Assembly (NCBI GenBank): GCA_035542455.1
Contig: DATKLI010000066.1
Span: forward strand, 2,870-66,869
Origin: Thermoanaerobaculaceae bacterium
GTDB lineage: Bacteria > Acidobacteriota > Thermoanaerobaculia > Thermoanaerobaculales > Thermoanaerobaculaceae
DNA length: 64,000 nt
Direction of reading: 5' to 3'
The notes below the pieces were generated by a model. That model saw only the letters and a list, made by a program, of their open reading frames with translations, was not told the origin of the DNA and searched no databases. A program made the position numbers and the translations under genes. Positions 27,608 to 36,309 of this stretch are shown here, piece by piece (positions within the stretch are counted from its first letter, which is position 1; each line of letters opens with the position of its first letter).

Positions 27608-27916
27608 ATGCTGCTGGCCGAGTTCTCGCTGACCCCGCTCGACAAGGGTGCGAGCGTCTCGCCGTGGGTGTCGCGCTCCCTCGACATCATCGACAAGTCA
27701 GGCGTTCCCTAGAGGTTGGGCCCGATGGGAACGTGCGTCGAAGGGGAGTGGGACGAGGTCATGGCCGTCCTCAAGGCGTGCTTCGACCGGATGGCCGGGG
27801 ATTGCGACCGCATCAGCGTCGCCTTCAAGGGCGACTGGCGCCGGGGGGCTTCCGGCCGCCTCGCCGCCAAGGTCGAGAAGGTCGAGGCCACGCTCGGGCG
27901 GAAGCTCAAGACCTGA
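27608..27916 (+). pseudogene. MTH1187/YkoF-family (DUF77) thiamine-binding-like protein interrupted by an in-frame TAG
   Basis: ATG 27608 with GGAGGTGG upstream. MLLAEFSLTPLDKGASVSPWVSRSLDIIDKSGVP-TAG(27710-27712)-RLGPMGTCVEGEWDEV...FKGDWRRG. The family normally has Tyr at that position (SG..Y...PMGT). Confidence 0.7.
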
Positions 27917-27949
27917 GATGAGGGGCCGGAGGAACCGCGCAAAGGGGCG

Positions 27950-28090
27950 TGGCTGGAGGGAAGAGAGAAGAAGGTAGAGGGAAGACAAGCCACGCCGACG
28001 TCTGGAGGCGTGCCCTCCGCCTTCCGTCTTCCACCTTCCGCCTTTCGTCTTCCCTCTCCCGTCTCCCCTCTTCCCGCTCCTGTCCCTCGC
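27950..28090. repeat. GA-rich/CT-rich imperfect palindrome (family member 4)
   Basis: Purine tract ggagggaagagagaagaaggtagagggaagac, central cacgcc-N10-ggcgtg stem, then a roughly 75-nt pyrimidine tract (ccttccgtcttccaccttccgcctttcgtcttccctctccc...). Confidence 0.7.
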
Positions 28091-28149
28091 GTGTCGCCGT
28101 CCTCCGACGTACGGGAAACCCGCTGCCGGAGCGGAGCGTAGACGGCCTC

Positions 28150-28845
28150 ATGACCTCGCCCGAGGCGAACCCAACCCCCGCGCCCCCGGCCGCGTCGAGG
28201 ATCTCGCGCGCCGTGAGCGCCGCCGAGTTCCTCCTCGCCGCCGCGATCGTGATCGCCCACAACGTCTATCGCGTCGTCCCGAACGAGGTCCCGATCCTGT
28301 TCATCCTCGGGATGCTCTCGTTCCGCATTCGGGACGGCGGATGGCAGGCGATGGGGTTCCGGCGGCCGGAGTCGTGGGGCCGCGTCGTTGCGATCGCGGT
28401 GGCGGCCGCCGCGCTGCGGCTCGCGCTCGGCAGCCTCGTCGTCGAGCCGCTGACCGGCCTGGTGTGGCCGCCGATCCACCCCCCCGCGATAGCCTCCGGC
28501 ATCCCGGGGAACCTCCGCAACGCGCTCCTCGCGCTCCTCATCGTGTGGACGTTCGCGGCGGTCGGCGAGGAGGTTTCGTACCGCGGCTACCTCACCGGAC
28601 GCGCGGCGGACCTCGGCGGCCGCACGACCGCAGCGTGGTGGGCCGCGACCGTGGTCGCCTCGGTCCTGTTCGGCTACGGGCACTTCTACAAGGGCCCGGC
28701 CGGGATCGTCGACTCCGGCGTCGCCGGGCTCATCCTCGGCACCGCGTACCTGCTCACCGGCCGCAACCTGTGGACGTGCGTCCTCGCGCACGGCCTCATC
28801 GACACGGCCGCACTCGTCGCGCTGTTCTTCGGCTGGGCGTCGTAG
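28150..28845 (+). CDS. CPBP-family intramembrane glutamic endopeptidase (CAAX protease-like)
   Basis: ATG at 28150 inside ORF 27949..28845. Motifs EEVSYRGY, FGYGH and LAHGLID. Confidence 0.8.
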   Translation: MTSPEANPTPAPPAASRISRAVSAAEFLLAAAIVIAHNVYRVVPNEVPILFILGMLSFRIRDGGWQAMGFRRPESWGRVVAIAVAAAALRLALGSLVVEPLTGLVWPPIHPPAIASGIPGNLRNALLALLIVWTFAAVGEEVSYRGYLTGRAADLGGRTTAAWWAATVVASVLFGYGHFYKGPAGIVDSGVAGLILGTAYLLTGRNLWTCVLAHGLIDTAALVALFFGWAS

Positions 28846-28912
28846 GCGCCGGTCTGCCGGACGGGACGCGAGCCCGGAGCCGATATACTCCGCGCGGACG
28901 CCGGAGGGGTTC

Positions 28913-30466
28913 TTGCGACGAGCCAGGGTTCTGTTGACCGTTGTCGCCGCGACGAGCGCAGCGTGGGCGGCGGCGGGGAGCGGGACGTGGACCTCGGCAG
29001 GACCGCCCGCGATCATACTGTCGCTCGCGGTGGACCCCTCGACGCCGGGCACCGTCTACGCCGGGAGCTCGGCCGCTGGCGCGTTCCGGAGCACCGACGG
29101 CGGCGCCAGCTGGGGCGGCTTCGGCCTCGGCTCCAACTCGGTTCTCGCGCTCGCGGTCGCGGCCACGACGCCCGCCACCGTCTACGCCGGGACCGCCGCC
29201 TCCGGCGTCCTGACCAACTCGGCCTCCGCACCGAACTGGACCTCCTCCGGTCTTCTCTACAACTCGGTCCAGGCCCTCGCCGCGCTCCCGGGGACGGCGG
29301 CAACGGTGTTCGCCGGCACCAACGTCAACGGGGTGATGAAGACGACGGACAGCGGCGTCACCTGGGTGAAGTCCGGCCTCGGCAACACCTCGGTTCTGGC
29401 GCTCGCGATCGACCCCGTCGACACCGCCACGATGTACGCCGCGACCGGCAGCGGCGTCTTCCGAAGCGGCGACCACGGCTCCAGCTGGGTCTCGGCCAAC
29501 GTCGGCCTCGCGGGCGTCACGGTTCGAGCGCTTGCCGTCGACCCCGCCGGCGCCGGAACGGTGTACGCGGCGAGCACGGCGGGGGTGTTCAAGACGGTTG
29601 ACGGCGGCTCGACCTGGAGCCCGGTGAGCTCCGGCCTGACGACCCTCTCGGTCACGTCGCTGGCGGTCACGACGTGGTCCGCGCCGAAGGTGTACGCCGG
29701 AACCGCAGGCGGAGGCGTGTCCGTGAGCACGAACGGCGGAGGGAGCTGGAGCGCGCTCCTCGGCGGACTCGCGAACCTCTCCGTCAACGCCCTCGCCGTC
29801 GCGCCGACGGTCCCTCCCACCGTGTACGCCGGCACCGCCGGCGGGGTCTTCGCGTACACCGAGCCGGTGGTTTGCAGGGCGCCGTCCGGTCTCGTCAACA
29901 ACACGGCGGTCGACGCCGACCCGTGCGCGAAGAAGGGACTCTCGATCGCCTGGACGGCCCCCGCGGACTGGGGAGACAGCGGCGTCGGCACCCGCACCTT
30001 CGACGTGCTGCGCAACGACATCCCGGTGGCGACCGGCCTCGCCGAGACGGCCCACGCCTACACCGACACGACCGCCGTCGCGTACGTCGAGTACGCGTAC
30101 GCGGTGCGCGCGGACAACGGGTGCGGGCTGTCGGCGACGACGGTCGGGGCGATCGCCTCCGACACGACGGCGCGGCCGGCGATCCAGGCCCAGCCCAGCA
30201 GCGGCACGATCTGGGCGGGCCACTCCACGCTGCTCTCCGTGACCGCATCGGGCGCGACCGGCTACCAGTGGTACACGGGCACGAGCGGCGACACGTCGCA
30301 CCCGGTCGTCGGCGCGACGGCGTTCCGGTACTCCACCCCGAAGCTGTACTCCAACACCTCGTACTGGGTCCAGGTCACCAACGCCTGCGGCAGCACCGCG
30401 AGCGACACCGCTGCCATCACGCTGAAGTGGCACCGGCTCCGCCCCCACGTCGGCAGGGCGCAGTAG
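28913..30466 (+). CDS. Secreted Asp-box (BNR/sortilin-Ycf48-like) beta-propeller protein with C-terminal Fn3/Ig-like domains
   Basis: Signal peptide MRRARVLLTVVAATSAAWAAAG. Repeated S/T-x-D-G-G-x-x-W boxes (STDGGASW, TTDSGVTW, SGDHGSSW, TVDGGSTW, STNGGGSW). The tail carries Ig-like GYQWY. Confidence 0.75.
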   Translation: MRRARVLLTVVAATSAAWAAAGSGTWTSAGPPAIILSLAVDPSTPGTVYAGSSAAGAFRSTDGGASWGGFGLGSNSVLALAVAATTPATVYAGTAASGVLTNSASAPNWTSSGLLYNSVQALAALPGTAATVFAGTNVNGVMKTTDSGVTWVKSGLGNTSVLALAIDPVDTATMYAATGSGVFRSGDHGSSWVSANVGLAGVTVRALAVDPAGAGTVYAASTAGVFKTVDGGSTWSPVSSGLTTLSVTSLAVTTWSAPKVYAGTAGGGVSVSTNGGGSWSALLGGLANLSVNALAVAPTVPPTVYAGTAGGVFAYTEPVVCRAPSGLVNNTAVDADPCAKKGLSIAWTAPADWGDSGVGTRTFDVLRNDIPVATGLAETAHAYTDTTAVAYVEYAYAVRADNGCGLSATTVGAIASDTTARPAIQAQPSSGTIWAGHSTLLSVTASGATGYQWYTGTSGDTSHPVVGATAFRYSTPKLYSNTSYWVQVTNACGSTASDTAAITLKWHRLRPHVGRAQ

Positions 30467-30542
30467 GAAGACAGGGTCTCGACTTTCGACTTTCGACCGG
30501 AACGAAACAAGCAGCTCCGTTGCGTAGTGCGTGTAGTTGCGT

Positions 30543-30729
30543 CGCCGCGACAACTACTGCTCGTGGATCGTGGGTCGTGGATCGTGTGTCGTAGATGCGA
30601 GACTAGCAGGGCCGAGGCGAGTCGCGTGCAGCCGCGCCGCCGCGACAACTACTGCTCGTGGGTCGTGGATCGTTGGTCGTGGATCGTAGATACGAGACAA
30701 GCAGGGCCGACGCACGACGCGTGGAGCCG
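30543..30729 (+). repeat. Tandem duplication (units of 95 and 92 nt) of a variable-block plus conserved-junction module, directly upstream of element copy 3
   Basis: Units start at 30543 and 30638 with cgccgcgacaactactgctcgtgg. Both contain gtggatcgt/ggtcgtgg low-complexity repeats and end ...agcagggccga..gcgtg.agccgcgc. Confidence 0.8.
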
Positions 30730-30851
30730 CGCCGCCGAGAGTGGGCCGGATGCCAGGCGGACGAGGCGGGAGGGGCGGAGCGTAGCCGAAGGCTACGTGA
30801 GCATCCGATCCGCCGAGTCCAACGCCGCAGACGGTCCGCTATCGCCGACGC
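30723..30851 (+). repeat. 129-nt structured interspersed element, copy 3
   Basis: Same length and orientation, with 9 mismatches to copy 1 by manual count. It ends 14 nt from the ALDH stop codon. Confidence 0.85.
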
Positions 30852-30865
30852 CCAGACTGCAAGCG

Positions 30866-32287
30866 CTACATACTTGGCAGATACCAGCAGATGACCTTGG
30901 GCTCCGTCATCTCCTGCAGCGAGAACTTGATCCCCTCCCGCCCCAGCCCCGAGTTCTTGATCCCGCCGAACGGCATCGAGTCGAGGCGGTAGTCGGTCGA
31001 GTCGTTGACCATGATCCCGCCGGCGTCGAGGCCGAGCGCGAGCTTGAACGAGGTGTCCACGTCGCGGGTGAAGAGCGCGGCGTGCAGGCCGAACGGGAGC
31101 GAGTTCGCCTCGGCGAGCGCCTCCTCGATCGTCGCGACCGGGTACAGGTTGACGGTCGGCCCGAACACCTCGGAGTGGTGGATGGTGGCGGTCTTGGGGA
31201 CGTTCTCAAGCACGGTCGGCTGCATCAGGGCTCCCGTGCGCCCGCCGCCGATCAGCACCTTGGCGCCGGCCGACCTCGCCTCCGCGACCCAGCGCTCGAC
31301 GCGCTTCGCCTCGCCCTCGGCGATCATCGGCCCCATGTCGGTCTCTTCCTTCATCTTGTCGCCGATCTTGTACTTCGAGGTGAACTCCACCATCCCGTCC
31401 CGAAACGCGGCGTACACGTCGTTGTGGACGTAGATACGCTGAACGCCGATGCAGTTCTGCCCCGCCGCCCAGAACGCCCCCGACACGCACGTCTCTGCCG
31501 CCCAGCGGACGTCGGCGTCCTTCCAGACGACCACCGGCGAGTTGCTGCCGAGCTCCATCCCGATCTTCTTGATCCCGGCAAGCGTGGTGATGCGCTGCCC
31601 GGCCTCGAGCCCGCCGGTGAACGAGATCATGCGCACGCGGCCGCCCCTCACGAGCGGGTCGCCGATCTCGGCGCCGTGCCCCGTGATCGTCTGCAGAACG
31701 AGCGGGGGCAGCCCCGCCTCGACGAACGCCTCGGTGAGCTTGAGCGCCGAGAGCGGCGTCACGGTCGCCGGCTTGAGGATCACGGAGTTGCCGGCGGCGA
31801 CCGCCGGCCCCAGCTTGTGCGCGACCAGGTTCAACGGGTCGTTGAACGGCGTGATCGCGAGCACCACCCCGACCGGCACGCGCTGGTAGTAGCCGACGCG
31901 CTTCTCGCCCCCCGGGAACGAGTCGAACGGGATCGTCTCGCCCTGGATCCGCTTCGCCTCCTCAGCGGAGATCGTGAGCGTGTTGACGCAGCGCCGCGCC
32001 TCCTTGCGCGCCTCGCGGATCGTCTTCGAGCCCTCGCGCGCGATCGTCGTCGCGAACTCCTCGAGCCTGCCCTGCACGATCGCCGCAGTCCTGAAGAGCA
32101 CCTGGGCGCGCTCGTACACGGTCATCCGCCGGGCGACCTCGAACCCCTTCACCGCCGCGGCGAGCGCGGTCTCGACGTCGGCTGCGGTCGCGCGCGGCAC
32201 GGTGTCCACGAGCGAATTGTCGAACGGGTCGCGGACCTCGATCTTCTTGTCGCGGTCCACCCACGAACCGGCGAGCAGCATCTTCAT
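30866..32287 (-). CDS. NAD(P)-dependent aldehyde dehydrogenase family protein
   Basis: ATG at 32287 overlaps the hom stop (ATGA). Motifs ELGSNSP (catalytic Glu) and AAGQNCIGVQR (catalytic Cys). It is the C-terminal 473 codons of ORF 30866..33370. Confidence 0.9.
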   Translation of the reverse strand: MKMLLAGSWVDRDKKIEVRDPFDNSLVDTVPRATAADVETALAAAVKGFEVARRMTVYERAQVLFRTAAIVQGRLEEFATTIAREGSKTIREARKEARRCVNTLTISAEEAKRIQGETIPFDSFPGGEKRVGYYQRVPVGVVLAITPFNDPLNLVAHKLGPAVAAGNSVILKPATVTPLSALKLTEAFVEAGLPPLVLQTITGHGAEIGDPLVRGGRVRMISFTGGLEAGQRITTLAGIKKIGMELGSNSPVVVWKDADVRWAAETCVSGAFWAAGQNCIGVQRIYVHNDVYAAFRDGMVEFTSKYKIGDKMKEETDMGPMIAEGEAKRVERWVAEARSAGAKVLIGGGRTGALMQPTVLENVPKTATIHHSEVFGPTVNLYPVATIEEALAEANSLPFGLHAALFTRDVDTSFKLALGLDAGGIMVNDSTDYRLDSMPFGGIKNSGLGREGIKFSLQEMTEPKVICWYLPSM

Positions 32288-33309
32288 GAGCGCCTCCGCA
32301 CGATGTGGAGCAGGTCCGTGAGCATCGAGAACCCGGTCTGCGCGCGCCCCGCTCCGGGGCCCACGATCGTGACCTCGCCGAGGGCGTCGGTCTTGATCGC
32401 GACCGCGTTGGTCGCGCCCATCACCCCGGCGAGCGGCTGGGAGAGGTCCACGAGGCGCGGGGCCACGGCGGCCTTCACCGCTCCACCCTCCCGCCACACT
32501 CTCCCGATCAGCTTGTACCGCTTCCCCTCGGCCTTCGCCTTCGCGATGTCGGCCGCCGTGATCTTGGTGATCCCCTCGCACGGGCTCTCGGCCGGCTTCA
32601 GGGACGCGCCGAACACCACGTTCGCCAGGATCGTGACCTTTGCGAGCGCGTCCCATCCCAGGACGTCGGCGTCCGGGACGGCCTCCGCGTACCCGAGCTC
32701 CTGCGCCTTCTTGAGGGCGTCCTCGTACGACAACCCCTCCTCCATCCGGGTCAGGATGTAGTTGGTGGTGCCGTTGAGGATCCCCTGCATCTCCATGATC
32801 GCCGCGCCCGCGAGCGTCTCGCGCACGAGGTTGAGCACCGGCGTGCCGCTCATGACGGTGCCCTCGAACAGGAACTCGGCGTTGTGCTTGGCCGCGAGAT
32901 CTGCGAGCTCGCGGTAGTGGAGCGCGAGCGGGCCCTTGTTGGTCGTCACGACGTGCACCCCGCGTCCGAGCGCCGCTCGGATGTGCGCGGTGGCGGGCTC
33001 GCCGGTCTTGATGTCGGTGTACGTCGCCTCGAGCAGCGCGTCGGCGTCGGCGCGCTGCGCCATCGCGAGCGCGTCCCACCCCTTGCCGCCGCGGTCGAGC
33101 GCGGCGAGCGACTCGCCCTTGCCGGCGAGGGCGAGCGCCTTCGCGAGGTCGATGCCGGTCGGGTCGTACGCGTTCCCCTTGAGGGTGTCGGCGATCCCCG
33201 TCACCGTCCAGTCGAAGCCGTACCGCTGCTTGAGCTCGTCGCGCTTGGCGAGCAGCAGCTCCGCCAGCCCCTGTCCCACCGTCCCGAATCCCAGGAACAC
33301 CAGTTTCAT
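32284..33309 (-). CDS. hom: Homoserine dehydrogenase
   Basis: 341-aa ORF with LGFGTVGQG NAD-binding motif, VVTTNKGPLA, and GTTNYIL...LGYAE substrate-domain motifs. Confidence 0.85.
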   Translation of the reverse strand: MKLVFLGFGTVGQGLAELLLAKRDELKQRYGFDWTVTGIADTLKGNAYDPTGIDLAKALALAGKGESLAALDRGGKGWDALAMAQRADADALLEATYTDIKTGEPATAHIRAALGRGVHVVTTNKGPLALHYRELADLAAKHNAEFLFEGTVMSGTPVLNLVRETLAGAAIMEMQGILNGTTNYILTRMEEGLSYEDALKKAQELGYAEAVPDADVLGWDALAKVTILANVVFGASLKPAESPCEGITKITAADIAKAKAEGKRYKLIGRVWREGGAVKAAVAPRLVDLSQPLAGVMGATNAVAIKTDALGEVTIVGPGAGRAQTGFSMLTDLLHIVRRRS

Positions 33310-33357
33310 CGCAACCTCCTGCGCATGTGCGCGAGACGTGCGTCTCCGTTTCGCCTA

Positions 33358-33459
33358 GCTGACAGCTCACAGCCGACAGCCAACAGCAGACAACGACAAC
33401 CGACTGGTTCCTCTGCGCTCTTGCTTCTGGCTATCAGCTGTCGGCTGTCGGCTGTCAGC
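33358..33459. repeat. Long imperfect palindrome with cagccgaca-type low-complexity arms
   Basis: Positions 33358-33387 (gctgacagctcacagccgacagccaacagc) pair with 33430-33459 (gctatcagctgtcggctgtcggctgtcagc): 30 positions with 5 mismatches. Confidence 0.8.
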
Positions 33460-33517
33460 CAGCCCCGGCCAGGCACGGCGTTCGCACCGGCACGCAGCGC
33501 CACGACCGCCCGGCTCA

Positions 33518-34891
33518 CTAGATCTTCCCGAGGGCCTGCTCGAGGTCCGCGATTACGTCGTCCGGGTGCTCGCCGCCCACGCACAGCCGCACCATCGTCG
33601 GCGGGATTCCGGCGAGCTTGCGCCCCTCCTCCCCCTGCTGCGAGTGGGTAGAGATCGCCGGCAGCGTGGCGACCGATTTGATGCGTCCGAGGTCGGTGGC
33701 GCGGTAGATGCGCTGCAGCGCGTCGAAGAACCGGCGCGTGTCCGCGGGCGACCCCTTGATGTCGAACGACATCAGGTGCCCGAACGTCGGCGTGCCGTCG
33801 TCCACGAGCCGCAGGTACCGGCTTGCGAGCTCGTGCTGGCGGTGGTGCGGGAGCCCGAGGTAGTCCACGCGCTCCACCCTCGGGTGCTGCTCGAGGAAGC
33901 GCGCCACCGCCATCGTGTTGGCGGAGAACCGCTCCATCTTGAGCCTGAGCGTGCGCAGCTCGTTCAGGAACATGAACGCCGAGTTCGCGGACATGCACGG
34001 CCCGGCGTCGCGGAACGGCCACAGCTTGAGCCACGTCGCGTAGTCCTTCTTCGCCTCGTCCGCGAGGTGTCGGCTCGTGAGGTTGTGCCGCGCGACGATC
34101 CCGCCGCCGATCGAGAACCCGCCCGCGCCGACGGTTTTCGTGAGCGAGTGCACGACGACGTCCGCGCCGTGCGCGAGCGGGCGCATGAGCGCCGGCGTCG
34201 CGACGGTGCTGTCCACGATCAGCGGGATCCCGTGGCGGTGCGCGAGCGCGGCGACCGCGGCGACGTCGAAGCACGACTGCTGCGGGTTCGAGGGCATCTC
34301 GCCGTAGATGAAGCGGGTGTTCTCGTCCACCTGGGAGCGCCACGCCTCGAGGTCCCACGGCTCGGCCACGAAGCGCACCTTCGCGCCCCGCTCGCGCATC
34401 CGGACGTTGAACGCCTGGAACGTCCCGCCGTACACCTGCGCCGCCGAGACGAAGTTGATCTCCTCGTGTTCCTCGCGCTGCTTCGCGAGCAGCGGCTCCA
34501 CCGCCAGCTTGATCGCCGACATCCCGGAGGACGTGCATAGCCCCGAGGCGTCCTCCGTGCACCCGTACGACTCCAGCAGCGCCAGCGTCTCCTCGAGGTA
34601 GAACACGGTCGGGTTGTGGATGCGCGAGTAGCACCACGTGGGGATCAGGTAGCCGAGCCCGGCCTCCATCTCGTCGCTGTCGCGGTACGCCTGCGACGTC
34701 GAGGGGAAGACCGGCTCGATGATGCCGCCCTGGCCGGCCGCGAACGCCTCCTCGACGCCGTAGGTGCCGTGCACCGCGATCGTGTCGAACTTGAGCCGCC
34801 GGACGCCGGCGCGGAACTCGGCCCTCCGCGCGCCCGTCTCCCTGGCCATGTCGACGTACCTCTGGACTCCGGGCGAGAGCTTCTGCTCCAT
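33518..34891 (-). CDS. O-acetylhomoserine sulfhydrylase-like PLP enzyme (Cys/Met metabolism family)
   Basis: 457-aa ORF. TIAVHG, the PLP-lysine motif HSLTKTVGAGG, and the C-terminal RLCVGGEHPDD signature. Confidence 0.85.
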   Translation of the reverse strand: MEQKLSPGVQRYVDMARETGARRAEFRAGVRRLKFDTIAVHGTYGVEEAFAAGQGGIIEPVFPSTSQAYRDSDEMEAGLGYLIPTWCYSRIHNPTVFYLEETLALLESYGCTEDASGLCTSSGMSAIKLAVEPLLAKQREEHEEINFVSAAQVYGGTFQAFNVRMRERGAKVRFVAEPWDLEAWRSQVDENTRFIYGEMPSNPQQSCFDVAAVAALAHRHGIPLIVDSTVATPALMRPLAHGADVVVHSLTKTVGAGGFSIGGGIVARHNLTSRHLADEAKKDYATWLKLWPFRDAGPCMSANSAFMFLNELRTLRLKMERFSANTMAVARFLEQHPRVERVDYLGLPHHRQHELASRYLRLVDDGTPTFGHLMSFDIKGSPADTRRFFDALQRIYRATDLGRIKSVATLPAISTHSQQGEEGRKLAGIPPTMVRLCVGGEHPDDVIADLEQALGKI

Positions 34892-35078
34892 CTACTCCTC
34901 CGCTTCGTTGGTCGTTGGTCCGGCGGTGCTGCGAAGGTGCGGCCCCACGGCGGCCTCCCGGGGACGGATCAGCACGGGAGTTGTACCACCGAATTTGTGA
35001 AATCTCAACACAAGGTGAGACATCGTCGCGCCGCGCCGCGACCGACGCGGAGCGGGCGCCCCACGACCCGGCGGGCCG

Positions 35079-36290
35079 TCAGCGCGCGGCCCGGGCGGTT
35101 GCCGCGGTGACGGCGGCGAGCGCCTGCTCGAGGTCCGCGCGCAGGTCCTCTACGTCCTCGCACCCGACCGCGAGCCGCACAAGGCCGGGGGTGATCCCCT
35201 GCCGGAGCTGCTCGTCGGCCGGCACCTTCGAGTGCGTCATCGAGGCGGGGTGCTCGATCAGCGACTCGATCCCGCCGAGCGACACCGCGAGCGTGATCAC
35301 CTTCACCGAGTCCATGAGCCGGCGCCCGGCCTCCACGCCGCCCCGCAGCTCGAACGCGATCACCGACCCCGGACCGTCCATCTGCCTCTCGGCGAGCTCG
35401 TGCTGCGGGTGCGACGGCAGCCCCGGGTACCGCAGCCACTCGATCGCCGGGTGCGACTCGAGCCACGCCGCCAGGACCTGCGCGTTCGCCTGGGCGCGCT
35501 CGACGCGCATCCCGAGCGAGCGGATCCCTCGCAGCACGAGCCACGCCTGGTGCGGGTCCATCGTGAGGCCGAACGTCCGCGCGACGTCGGTGAGCGCGAC
35601 CAGGTGCTTGGGCTCCTTGGCGACGACGATCCCGGCGACGACGTCCGAGTGCCCGTTGAGCGACTTCGTCATCGAGTGCAGCACGATGTCGGCGCCGTGC
35701 TCGAGCGGCCGCTGCAGGTGCGGGCTCGCGAACGTGTTGTCCACGACGAGCGGCACGCCCGCCCGGTGCGCAGCGCGCGCGGCGGCGGCCAGGTCCACCA
35801 GGTCGAGGTTCGGGTTGGCCGGCGTCTCGACGTACACCATCCGCGTCTCGGGCCGGATCGCCGCGCCGAGCCCCTCCGTGTCGGCCGCGCCGACGAACGT
35901 CGAGGTCACGCCGAGCCGCGAGAAGTACCTGTCCAGCAGGCCGCGCGACGGACCGTACAGAGGGTGCGTCCCGACCACGTGGTCGCCCGCGCGCAGGAGG
36001 GTCAGGAAGGCGGTGCTCACGGCTGCCATCCCGGTGGCCGTGCCGACCGCGCCGCACCCGCCCTCGAGCTTCGCGACGCACTCCTCGAGCGCCGCCACCG
36101 TGGGGTTCCCGAGACGCGTGTAGATCGGGCCGCGCGAGGTCCCCGCGAACCGCGCCGCGCCCTCCTCGGCGGTCGGGAACGCGAACGTCGAGGTCTGGTA
36201 GATCGGGACCGAGACCGCGCCGTGGTGCTTCTCGGACTCGAGCCCGCCGTGGATCGCCTTGGAGTGACGCCCCTTCACCTTCGATGCCAT
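35079..36290 (-). CDS. Trans-sulfuration PLP enzyme (methionine gamma-lyase / cystathionine gamma-synthase family)
   Basis: ATG at 36290 (MASKVKGRHSKAIHGG). YTRLGNPT, HSMTKSLNGHSD (PLP Lys) and RLAVGCEDVEDL. Confidence 0.85.
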   Translation of the reverse strand: MASKVKGRHSKAIHGGLESEKHHGAVSVPIYQTSTFAFPTAEEGAARFAGTSRGPIYTRLGNPTVAALEECVAKLEGGCGAVGTATGMAAVSTAFLTLLRAGDHVVGTHPLYGPSRGLLDRYFSRLGVTSTFVGAADTEGLGAAIRPETRMVYVETPANPNLDLVDLAAAARAAHRAGVPLVVDNTFASPHLQRPLEHGADIVLHSMTKSLNGHSDVVAGIVVAKEPKHLVALTDVARTFGLTMDPHQAWLVLRGIRSLGMRVERAQANAQVLAAWLESHPAIEWLRYPGLPSHPQHELAERQMDGPGSVIAFELRGGVEAGRRLMDSVKVITLAVSLGGIESLIEHPASMTHSKVPADEQLRQGITPGLVRLAVGCEDVEDLRADLEQALAAVTAATARAAR

Positions 36291-36309
36291 GCGACCTCCC
36301 CCGCGCAAT

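Noticed and set aside
27710-27712. Genetic-code change or pyrrolysine decoding of TAG as the explanation for the two in-frame amber codons
   Set aside because: TAG clearly terminates several confident genes here: the thioesterase at 831, DinB at 5090, the secreted protein at 38157 and the LuxR HTH at 58798. No pyl genes are seen in the window. A pseudogene or sequencing error is more parsimonious.
30470-30851. Possible CRISPR array (repeated units with variable blocks)
   Set aside because: There are only two or three units of about 92-95 nt. The 'spacers' are low-complexity and mutually similar, there are no short 25-40-nt invariant repeats, and no cas genes are present in the window.
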